Origin: Macrostomum lignano
Lineage: Eukaryota
Assembly: GCA_002269645.1 (NCBI GenBank)
Contig: NIVC01000426.1
Location: forward strand, 124,001-188,000
Direction of reading: 5' to 3'
Length of the DNA: 64,000 bases
Position 1 is the first letter of the stretch; each line of letters starts with the position of its first letter. The translations under genes were made by a program, and so were the position numbers. Under the pieces are notes generated by a model, which ran no database searches, was not told the origin of the DNA, and saw only the letters and a list, made by a program, of their open reading frames with translations. Positions 11,060-26,179 of the stretch are shown piece after piece.

Positions 11060-12275
11060 GCCTCAGCCATTGAACAGGCTCTTATGCCACTAGTAATAAA
11101 TTAGAGTTCCAAGTTGGGAGTGCACTAATATACACTAAATTTCTAGGCTAGGCTAAAGAGGACTGTACAATCAAGCCAAGCAGGTGGCGCCAGTCAGGCT
11201 GAGAGTGGGCCCTACCCCCAGCTATCAGGGCATACGCCTACTCTAGACTCAAGTGGCTATCAAAACCTCCCCGGGGACAGCGAGGGTTCAGTATACCAGT
11301 CAGAAAGCCCATGCCAAAAACCTAGTTAGTGAAGCCCTTAAGCCTATTTGGGGTGGTCTTAAGACCTAAGGCCATGGCCACCATGCTGGGGCTGCCCACA
11401 CACTAGCCACTACCCCCGGGTACTCTTGCCAAGACAGTCTCTTATCTTTGAAATGGCAGGAGGGCTAATCGCTGGGACTATTTCACCCTTTGCTTCGCCA
11501 ACCTGCCATCTTTATTAGGCCATGCCAATGGCCCTGTCCTGGTCAAACTCAGTCCTGGTCCTGGCACACTCTAGCTTTAATAGAGTCGCTGGCTGTTTGC
11601 TCAGAGGACACTCCAAGGGAGACCTTCAGAGCATCAACTGGAACAGGTATAGGCCTGCCTTCCTATACAGCTATCCACAGCCCTTCCTGATCGACTATTA
11701 CCAACCCAGCCTACTAACTCATTACAAGCTTTCAGCCAGGCAGAGACAAGTGTCACAGGGGTACTGCAGTTAGGCGTCTCTATAGGAGACAAAACCATAT
11801 ACATGTATATAGAAGTATTTTTTGGGTATATATTACATGATCCAAAGTGTGGGTTGTCAGTTATCACTGTTATTAAAAACAATTTTGTTATTTTATTACT
11901 TTAATTTATTTAATTAATTTATTTTAAACTTATAACACTAACATAATATTTAATATTTTGTGGTAGACAAAATGACTATATTGTATATTTGCAAACAAAT
12001 GTTACAAATTGACCATCAAGTGCCTATTAAAAACATATAACACATTGTTTTCAAATAACTGACTTCTTAAATTTTCATTGAAAAAGTTATGCATGACTAC
12101 CAGTTAGAAAATTAGAAAATTTTAAAACTAATTTGAAAAAATGCATCAAATCAAATTATTCTTGAAAAAATCAATTACACATAGCCACCTATTAAAACAA
12201 TGTAAAATTAGTATAGATTCAATAATTACTAATTTAATGCATTTCAATTTGTATCTAATAAAAATTTGTTTATAC

Positions 12276-12601
12276 TAAAAGTTGGCAAACTCTGGTCTAT
12301 ATTCCAAATCCAGCCTGTAACACCTTTAAGTTTGGCCTACAGCACTCTTACTACTATTTAATAATCTAAAAGGGTCCTATGAATCAATTTTGTATTGAAC
12401 ACATTAAACTTTGTAAATAAAATTTGCTTTAGATCTGTCATTCCTATATTAGTTTTAACTATTTAAAGGTTGTTGCTTGTATTTGGTCTAATCATTTAAA
12501 ACTTTCATTTATAGCCATAATTTGTTGTATATTTTTTCTGGCCTGCCACTTAAGCTAGTCTTCCAATCCAGTCTATACTGAGAAAAGTTTGCTAACCCCT
12601 A
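12276..12601. mobile_element. Decayed hAT-Charlie-like MITE, 326 bp
   Basis: Ends TAAAAGTTGGCAAACT and AGTTTGCTAACCCCTA. 8-bp TSD GTTTATAC (fits NTNTANAN) at 12268-12275 and 12602-12609. Confidence 0.8.
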
Positions 12602-13580
12602 GTTTATACCATTAATTAGTATCAATATCATATCACTATTATTATCAATAGGCAATCAGTTTAAAAATTTATAAAATTAGGCCCTTATCCTTTTTGTGCT
12701 TCATACTTAAATTATAATGCCTCAATTGTTCTATGAAATTATAGACATAAATTAATAAAAACATAATTATAGTATTTTGAGTTTTTAGTATATGGAATTT
12801 TACTATATTATAGTTTTAACTAATAGTTTAAGTTATTAATTTTATCTTTATCCTAGCTATTAATTTTAATTTTTTTCTTTTTGACTTTTAAAGCATTTTT
12901 TAAAAAGAAAGTACTTTTTAACACATTGCTTGACCATAGCCTAAAATGTCTACATTATGCTAAAAGTTTTTGCAATATTAATTAAAGAAGCTTCTAAAAA
13001 AATTATGAATTGGAAAATATCAAATTATTTAGAATTTTATAATTTTGTTTTTAACTTTTGATTCCTAACTTAAATTTACTTTTAACAACTTAATTGCCTA
13101 TGATTTTCAATTGTCTGTAACTGTTAATTAATAGCTTAAAGTCTTAATCAAAAGCTGTTAATAGTCTAGCAGTCAATATTCTTATGCCTAAGAATATTGA
13201 CTGCATAAGAATTAAATACATATTTGGTAAGTAGCAAAAATAAGTTGCATTTGAAACCAAGACTATGTCATATAGCTAGTGTAATTCTAGAGATTGTACA
13301 TGTATGTTCTGATAATGTTTTATTTTTAAAACATAAATGTGTAACCTTTAAAATTATACTAGCTACATGTATGTGACTAGTATTTTGACTAAAAGTACAA
13401 CTTAGTTTTGTATCCTACCCAAAAAGAAAGTAAAGAATTATTAATTTATCATCAAAGTTTGTCGAAAATTGTCAAAGCCACTAATTTTGCAACTTATCCA
13501 ACCCTTGGTCTGCCACAATTTATGCCAAGCTTATTTTATATGAACTAACAATTACTGCCAACCCTATACTAGCATTGAAA

Positions 13581-17519
<3,939 letters not shown>

Positions 17520-17544
17520 TGGAGCTGAGGCCGCTGGAGCTGAC

Positions 17545-17770
17545 TGAGTGCAGAGTCAGTGGTGACTGAGTGCAGAGTCGGTGGTGACTGAGTGCAGAGT
17601 CGGTGGTGACTGAGTGCAGAGTCGGTGATGACTGAGTGCAGAGTCGGTGGTGACTGAGTGCAGAGTCGGTGGTGACTGAGTGCAGAGTGGGGGTGACTGA
17701 GTGCAGAGTCGGTGATGACTGAGTGCAGAATCGGTGGTGACTGAGTGCAGAGTCGGTGGTGACTGAGTGT
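17545..17770. repeat. 22-bp minisatellite
   Basis: Unit GACTGAGTGCAGAGTCGGTGGT just after the stop codon. Confidence 0.95.
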
Positions 17771-18114
17771 CGATATCGACTAGGTGGAATTCATTTTTGT
17801 TTTGTGACTTCTAGCAGCCATGCTAAAGCAGCATTACATCTTCCATTTAATTATATCATTCTTTTACCGAAAACATTTTGCTACGAGTATGTAATAGTTT
17901 TAAGTAATATCGCTGTAAGTAATTATTTCAATCGTTATTGACGATTTTTTACATAATTTGTTGTCTTCACAGCAACACGTAACCCAGATTCCATGGTTTT
18001 TTCTGCGCCAAAATCGTTTGCCATTCCAATTTAATGCGCCATCAAATGCTTCCCCTGAACTTTTTACTAATAGCTGTGAAGCTGCTGCTTTCTGTTATTT
18101 GGCCATTTTTCGAA

Positions 18115-19280
18115 TTGCCACTCTCCCAGATCCCCAGACTGGGCTACCAGCCACTCTCCCAGATCCCCAGACTGGGCTACCAGCCACTCTCCCAGATCCC
18201 CAGACTGGGCTACCAGCCACTCTCCCAGATCCCCAGACTGGGCTACCAGCCACTCTCCCAGATCCCCAGACTGGGCTACCAGCCACTCTCCCAGATCCCC
18301 AGACTGGGCTACCAGCCACTCTCCCAGATCCCCAGACTGGGCTACCAGCCACTCTCCCAGATCCCCAGACTGGGCTACCAGCCACTCTCCCAGATCCCCA
18401 GACTGGGCTACCAGCCACTCTCCCAGATCCCCAGACTGGGCTACCAGCCACTCTCCCAGATCCCCAGACTGGGCTACCAGCCACTCTCCCAGATCCCCAG
18501 ACTGGGCTACCAGCCACTCTCCCAGATCCCCAGACTGGGCTACCAGCCACTCTCCCAGATCCCCAGACTGGGCTACCAGCCACTCTCCCAGATCCCCAGA
18601 CTGGGCTACCAGCCACTCTCCCAGATCCCCAGACTGGGCTACCAGCCACTCTCCCAGATCCCCAGACTGGGCTACCAGCCACTCTCCCAGATCCCCAGAC
18701 TGGGCTACCAGCCACTCTCCCAGATCCCCAGACTGGGCTACTCTCCCAGATCCCCAGACTGGGCTACTCTCCCAGATCCCCAGACTGGGCTACTCTCCCA
18801 CACCCCCAGACTGGGCTACTCTCCCAGATCCCCAGACTGAGCTACCAGCCACTCTCCCAGATCCCCAGACTGGGCTACCAGCCACTCTCCCAGATCCCCA
18901 GACTGGGCTACCAGCCACTCTCCCAGATCCCCAGACTGGGCTACTCTCCCAGATCCCCAGACTGGGCTACTCTCCCACACCCCCAGACTGGGCTACTCTC
19001 CCAGATCCCCAGACTGGGCTACTCTCCCACACCCCCAGACTGGGCTACTCTCCCAGATCCCCAGACTGGGCTACTCTCCCAGATCCCCAGACTGGGCTAC
19101 TCTCCCACACCCCCAGACTGGGCTACTCTCCCAGATCCCCAGACTGGGCTACTCTCCCAGATCCCCAGACTGGGCTACTCTCCCACACCCCCAGACTGGG
19201 CTACTCTCCCAGATCCCCAGACTGGGCTACTCTCCCAGATCCCCAGACTGGGCTACTCTCCCACACCCCCAGACTGGGCT
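18115..19280. repeat. 33-bp minisatellite switching to a 26-bp deletion variant
   Basis: CCACTCTCCCAGATCCCCAGACTGGGCTACCAG, then CTCCCAGATCCCCAGACTGGGCTACT. Confidence 0.95.
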
Positions 19281-19984
19281 ATATGCAGTTTTTTATAAAT
19301 TATATTTATTGTCTTGACAGTTTCTTAACCGAAGAAAACCAATCTCGGTCAGATGAGGATTTATTTGACACTTCAGCAGCTATTTGTATAATTTGTGCGG
19401 CTGTTATCTGCATTCTTGACGAAATAAACAATGTGTTATTTGTTACAGAACATTATAGTTTGTAGAATTAATTTGGACTGAGTCTTCTTTCTTTTTTATA
19501 GCTCTTAGCCTCTAAACAAGGATGCGCTGTCTTCTACACTATATAAATAAATCTATTTTGCTTTGACTAAATTAGATTCGTGTCTTTCCTGTCTCCCTAA
19601 ACAGGCTTTGTTGCTTTGTGTGTGTGTGTGTGTGTTTTCGATTGGGCAGGCAGAAACTCGTGCTACGTACAATGCCTGACGTGCCTCACTGACTGAGGCC
19701 CCGTGTGTGCATTGTGGCTGTACATTTGGTTGGAAATAAAGCGATAATGCTGCTTGAAGTCTTATAGCCTTCTGTCCGTCTGTATGCCTTGTTTTTTGAA
19801 AAATATCTTGCTTAGCCTTAGTGTTAGAAATATTCTTCCGTTTGAACCTTACTACTGTTGGAGTGAATTCTTCAACAAGTAGTAGCCACTGATGCATTTT
19901 TTCGTATAGAATTTTTTTGTTCTTTGTAGGGTTCTGTTGTGCAGGGAACGAAAGCTCCCTTATATAGTTACCTAATTCTGTTCT

Positions 19985-20420
19985 CTCAGCTACCTCACTT
20001 TGTTCCCTTAGCTACCTCACTCTGCTCCCTTAGCTACCTCATTCTATTCCCTTAGCTACCTCACTCTGCTCCCTTAGCTACCTCATTCTATTCCCTTAGC
20101 TACCTCACTCTGTTTCCTTATCTACCTCATTCTATTCCCTTAGCTACCTCATTCTATTCCCTTAGCTACCTCATTCTGTTCCCTTAGCTACCTCATTCTG
20201 TTCCCTTAGCTACCTCACTCTGTTTCCTTAGCTACCTCATTCTATTCCCTTAGCTACCTCACTCTATTCCCTTATCTACCTCATTCTATTCCCTTAGCTA
20301 CCTCATTCTATTCCCTTAGCTACCTCATTCTGTTCCCTTAGCTACCTCATTCTATTCCCTTAGCTACCTCATTCTGTTCCCTTAGCTACCTCATTCTGTT
20401 CCCTTATCCACCTCACTCTG
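19985..20420. repeat. 22-bp minisatellite
   Basis: Unit TAGCTACCTCATTCTATTCCCT. Confidence 0.95.
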
Positions 20421-20455
20421 TACCTATGCCCTTTCATGCAGCATCGCAGCCGGCC

Positions 20456-23108
20456 ATGCTGCAGTCCTTAGGCCGGAAGTTATTCCTGCCTCACCGGAAG
20501 TCGGGCAGCGAGCTGCTATCCCGGTATTACGCCGCAGACCAAGAGCTGGTCCGGGTGGCCCAGCAGATCAAGCGGTTAGACGCGGACAAGCAGCAGGACC
20601 GGGTGTCCGAGTTAATCGGCGAACTCAAAGAATGCCAGCAGCGAGTCATGAAGCTCATGCTAGAATTAATGAACGAGCTCATACCCGATCGAAGGCATCC
20701 GAAAGATTTCCGTATGAAATTCCCAGACGAAGTGGTTCAGGAGGGTCTGGAAGGCCAGCTATGGTACGCGTCCGAGTGCCTGGCTGCCGGATCCTCCATT
20801 CTGTACAGGGAGGTGGAGGCTGAGAGCATCCGGCCGCTGGCCATTCAGGTGAGGCCTGGGCTGCTGTACTTTTCCTGTCTGCTATACCCCAGCCTGTCTG
20901 CTATACCCCCAGCCTGTCTGCTATACCCCCAGCCTGTCTGCTATACCCCCAGCCTGTCTGCTATACCCCAGCCTGTCTGCTATACCCCAGCCTGTCTGCT
21001 ATACCCCCAGCCTGTCTGCTATACCCCAGCCTGTCTGCTATACCCCCAGCCTGTCTGCTATACCCCAGCCTGTCTGCTATACCCCCAGCCTGTCTGCTAT
21101 ACCCCAGCCTGTCTGCTATACCCCCAGCCTGTCTGCTATACCCCCAGCCTGTCTGCTATACCCCAGCCCTGTCTGCTATACCCCCAGCCTGTCTGCTATA
21201 CCCCAGCCCTGTCTGCTATACCCCAGCCTGTCTACTATATCCCAGCCTGTCTGCTATACCCCAGCCCTTTCTGCTGTATCCCAGCCTGTCTGCTATACCC
21301 CAGCTTGTCTGCTATACCCTAGCTTGTCTGCTATACCCCAGCTTGTCTGCTATACCCTAGCTTGTCTGCTATACCCCAAGCCTCTCCCCCGCTGTGTACC
21401 CAGATGACCCTCCCTCTCCTCCCTTGTGTCCCCAGGTGACCCTCCCCAGGTGACCCTCCCTCTCCTCTCTTGTGTCCCTAGGTGACCCTCCCTCTCCTCC
21501 GTTGTGTCCCCTGGTGACCCTCCCTCTCCTTCGCTGTCCCCAGGTGACCCTCTCTCTCTCCCCCTCTGTGTCCCCAGGTAACCCTCCCTCTCTCCCCCTC
21601 TGTGTCCCCAGGTAACCCTCCCTCTCTCCCCCGCTGTGTCCCCAGGTGACCCTCTCTCTCCCCCCCCTCTGTGTCCCCAGGTAACCCTCCCTCTCTCCCC
21701 CGCTGTGTCCCCAGGTGACCCGCGAAGGCGAGAAGACCCGCCGCCTGCTCCGTGACGAGGCCAGCCGCAGTTACTTTGGTGCGGAGCCCCGGGCGAATCG
21801 CCGGTTGCTGGACCAGCTGGCTCTATTCGATCGCATTCTGGCCGAGTTCGAGTTGAGCTACGTCAGCGCCATGGTGCCAGTTAAAACCATGACTGAGATG
21901 GACCAGCTGCAGGAGGTGGCCGTGCTGTTCTCCGAGACTGCGGCCTGGGCCCTGGCTGGCGGGCACATCCGCCGCGATGACATTGACGAGTGCGAGCCCA
22001 CCTTGATGATAGTGCTGCCCAGGCTGGCTGTGCTGCACGGCCTGCTAGTGCATCCCGACGGGCCTCTGAGCACCAAGGATCGGCCAGCTAGCAAGCTCTG
22101 CCCGCTGTTCCGGGCTTTTCACAGCCATCTGGACCGCGTCAGGTCGTTTCTAGGAAAGCTGAAGCAGCCCGACATGGACAGGCTGGTGCGGCGGCTCTGC
22201 CTGACCGAGTCGGGCGACGCCACGGACGCTGAAGCGGATGTTGACGCGGATGCCGACCGGGTTGCCGGACTGTTCAAGGTATTCTTGGGGTGGTCTGGCT
22301 AGGCTTTTGGGGTTGTCTGGATAGGTCAACAGACACAGCAGGTCAACAAACAGACACAGCAGTGCACCCAACAGACACAGCAGGTCAACAGACACAGCAG
22401 TGCACCCAACAGACACAGCAGGGCAACCAACAGACACAGCAGGTCAACAGACACAGCAGTGCACCCAACAGACACAGCAGTGCACCCAACAGAAACAGCA
22501 GGTCAACAAACAGAAACAGAAGGGCAACCAACAGACACAGCAGTGCACCCAACAAACACAGCAGTGCACCCAAAAGACACAGCAGGGCAACCAACCGCCC
22601 ACCCCGCCCTCAGGTGATCGCAGGTGTGGCGGACCAGATCCAGAGCAACTACGCCTGGGAGCTGCGCTACCTGCTCCGCTGCGTGTACAACCTGCACTGC
22701 AGCGAGGCTGTTGACGAGGCCGCCGCTTCGGCAGCCGCCGCCACCGCCACCCTAGCCGTCGAGGAAGGCTTGGACGCTTTCGACTGGCAGGTGACGGACT
22801 CGGTGCAATCGGCTTCAACTTTGATGGCGACCGCGGCTGCCACCGGAGCGGAGGCGTCGGCCGTCGAGCCTCCAGCCTGGGTGCCGGACTCCGCCTCTGA
22901 CGTGTGCACCAACCGGCGCTGCGGCCAGGCCTTCACCATCACCAGGCGGCGGCACCACTGCCGGGCCTGTGGCGGCCTGTTCTGCTCGGCCTGCACCAGG
23001 GCTCGGCGAGCCCTGCCCGTCCTCGGATTCGACAGTCCCGTCCGGCTGTGCGACGCCTGCTGCGTCTCCGCCGCCGCCGTCAACGAAAACAATGGCGACA
23101 GGGCGTGA
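20456..23108 (+). CDS. ZFYVE28: Lateral signaling target protein 2 homolog (FYVE finger), 3 exons (20456-20848, 21715-22278, 22614-23108)
   Basis: Lst2 signatures DFRMKFPDEV, GQLWYASECLAAGS, AEFELSYVSAMVPVK and GVADQIQSNYA. FYVE domain WVPD...RRRHHCRACG..FC...VRLC. Phase-0 junctions are consistent. Confidence 0.95.
20875..21380. repeat. Intronic 19-20-bp minisatellite
   Basis: Unit CTATACCCCAGCCTGTCTG. Confidence 0.95.
21385..21721 (+). repeat. ~34-bp tandem repeat containing the splice acceptor and first bases of Lst2 exon 2
   Basis: Unit TGTGTCCCCAG-GTRACCC-TCCCTCTCTCCCCC; the last copy is the real junction at 21714/21715. Confidence 0.92.
22325..22590. repeat. Intronic ~21-bp minisatellite
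   Basis: Unit AACAGACACAGCAGTGCACCC and variants. Confidence 0.9.
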
Positions 23109-23359
23109 CAGACCAGGGACTGCCTAGTTCCGCATGGCAACAAGGATTTGGTGCAGAGGATTGCTATGCGAATACAGAATTATTATTCTCTTTCAACCTG
23201 TTTTTGCCACGTCCATGTTTATGCAGGGTCTGCACTCTGCGCTCTCTCTGGAAAACTTTATTGATGGCGCTGGGCCTGCTTAAATTATTGCATCAGCATG
23301 TGCCATTTATTGTATCTGTTCTTTCTAATGCAAACACATTTTATTGCAACCTGATTGTA

Positions 23360-24040
23360 CTGCTACTTATCGATAATCGTACTGCTACTTATCGATAATT
23401 GTACTGCTACTTATCGATAATCGTACTGCTACTTATCGATAATCGTACTGTTACTTATCGATAATTGTACTGCTACTTATCGATAACTGTACTGCTACTT
23501 ATCGATAATTGTACTGCTACTTATCGATAACTGTACTGCTACTTATCGATAACTGTACTGCTACTTATCGATAACTGTACTGCTACTTATCGATAACTGT
23601 ACTGCTACTTATCGATAATTTTACTGCTACTTATCGATAATTGTACTGCTACTTATCGATAATTGTACTGCTACTTATCGATAACTGTAATGCTACTTAT
23701 CGATAACTGTACTGCTACTTATCGATAATTTTACTGCTACTTATCGATAATTGTACTGCTACTTATCGATAATTGTACTGATACTTATCGATAATTGTAC
23801 TGCTACTTATCGATAATTGTACTGATACTTATCGATAACTGTACTGCTACTTATCGATAATTTTACTGCTACTTATCGATAATTGTACTGATACTTATCG
23901 ATAACTGTACTGCTACTTATCGATAATTTTACTGCTACTTATCGATAATTGTACTGATACTTATCGATAACTGTACTGCTACTTATCGATAACTGTACTG
24001 CTACTTATCGATAATTGTACTGATACTTATCGATAATTTC
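23360..24040. repeat. 22-bp minisatellite containing the palindrome TTATCGATAA
   Basis: Unit TTATCGATAATTGTACTGCTAC, about 30 copies. Confidence 0.95.
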
Positions 24041-24624
24041 GCCCAAGGGTGCATAGCCTCTAATGTTCCTTGCCCTTCAACTAACCCCCCTTATCTTCCA
24101 TATCCCTGCTGGCAGATCCATCTGTTCTGCCTGCAAAAACGGCAGTAAATGTTAAACATCGAAAATGATTGATTCGCTTTCTAAATTGCTTGTGCAGAAT
24201 GTGTACAGGTTACAATTTACCTGTTTTCTCATTCTCGCTCTGTTAAATTCTAAATCTAGGTTTAAACAGAAAACATGGTTTATATCCGCTTTCAATTTAG
24301 TGTAATATTCAGAAAATTATTTTTTTCAAACAAGGCCACACGCTGTATTCAATTGCAACACACAGGCAAGCGTTCGCGTAGTTAACTATGGTGTTTTTCT
24401 AATAATTTTTATTGTTTATTGACGTTTTATTAATTAATTAAGCCTTTTAAATCACTTTGTGATTCATTCCACGAGTGCTACTAGGAACTGAAGGTCTGAA
24501 TGTGGGAAACTTCAAGTCTGGCTTCATAACCTTCAAGATGCGAAGTGGGAGCCTTGAAAATCCGAGGGGGAGCGAATCCTGAAGTTCTGAATTTCAGATT
24601 TCTGATGATTTAAGATAAGAGCCA

Positions 24625-25560
24625 TGAGAACCTGAAGTTCAGAGTCCTGAAAGATCTGAGGTGGGAGCCCTGAGAACCTGAAGTTCAGAGTCCTGAAAGA
24701 TCTGAGGTGGGAGCCCTGAGAACCTGAAGTTCAGAGTCCTGAAAGATCTGAGGTAGGAGCCCTGAGGATCTGAAGTTCAGAGTCCTGAAAGATCTGAGGT
24801 GGGAGCCCTGAGAACCTGAAGTTCAGAGTCCTGAAAGATCTGAGGTAGGAGCCCTGAGGATCTGAAGTTCAGAGTCCTGAAAGATCTGAGGTGGGAGCCC
24901 TGAGGATCTGAAGTTCAGAGTCCTGAAAGATCTGAGGTAGGAGCCCTGAGGATCTGAAGTTCAGAGTCTTGAAAGATCTGAGGTGGGAGCCCTGAGGATC
25001 TGAAGTTCAGAGTCCTGAAAGATCTGAGGTAGGAGCCCTGAGGATCTGAAGTTCAGAGTCCTGAATGATCTGAGGTGGGAGCCCTGAGAACCTGAAGTTC
25101 AGAGTCCTGAAAGATCTGAGGTGGGAGCCCTGAGAACCTGAAGTTCAGAGTCCTGAAAGATCTGAGGTAGGAGCCCTGAGGATCTGAAGTTCAGAGTCCT
25201 GAAAGATCTGAGGTGGGAGCCCTGAGGATCTGAAGTTCAGAGTCTTGAAAGATCTGAGATGAGAGCCCTGAGAATCTGAAGTTCAGAGTCCTGAAAGATC
25301 TGAGATGAGAGCCCTGAGGATCTGAAGTTCAGAGTCCTGAAAGATCTGAGATGAGAGCCCTGAGAATCTGAAGTTCAGAGTCCTGAAAGATCTGAGGTGA
25401 GAGCCCTGAGGATCTGAAGTTCAGAGTCCTGAAACATCTGAGATGAGAGCCCTGAGAATCTGAAGTTCAGAGTCCTGAAAGATCTGAGGTAGGAGCCCTG
25501 AGGATCTGAAGTTCAGAGTCCTGAAAGATCTGAGGTAGGAGCCCTGAGGATCTGAAGTTC
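24625..25560. repeat. 46-bp minisatellite
   Basis: Unit GAGAACCTGAAGTTCAGAGTCCTGAAAGATCTGAGGTGGGAGCCCT, about 20 copies. Confidence 0.95.
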
Positions 25561-26179
25561 TGTCTCGATTTTTACTAATGCTATGCATCGCAAATATGAT
25601 TCACTATGTACATGTGATTGTGCATGTTGCAAGCTTTATAAATCAGCCGATTTCTCTCCACTCTGTAGTCTGCCTTGTGCGTTGTTGAACAGCACTGAGC
25701 AACATAGCTGGTTTGTATTCGTCACTATATACAATATTTACAACTGTTTACTGCGATGCCCCAATTTAATTAACTACTTCTGCGCCAAAATATTCAAGCA
25801 CTATATAGTTACTGACGTGTAAAACTGATCAGTGTGTACATTACATTAGAAAAATCTTTTTCTGTAAATCATATCAACTTTTTCAATCAACGTATTATTA
25901 TTGTTATTACGAGCTATTATTATTATCGTTTGTAATTTTGCACCTTTCTAGATTGGTATTAATTATGATGTCAAAAATTGAATAAAATTTTAAGAACAAA
26001 CTGTGCCTACACAATATGTCTCTGAATGAGTTTTCCGTTTCTCAAATTTTAAATTGGATTCGATGCTTGCCTTCAATGCTACTTAAAGTAGTATTGCTTT
26101 GCTTATTTTCTTTTGCTTCATTAAATTTGTGGTTTCATTCAACAGCTTTTTACACATCTGCTAAAGCGCGATTACAATG

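Noticed and set aside
17958-19298. 446-aa ORF with LPDPQTGLPAT repeats
   Set aside because: It is the translation of a 33-bp array that is open in several frames and on both strands, with no splice or codon evidence.
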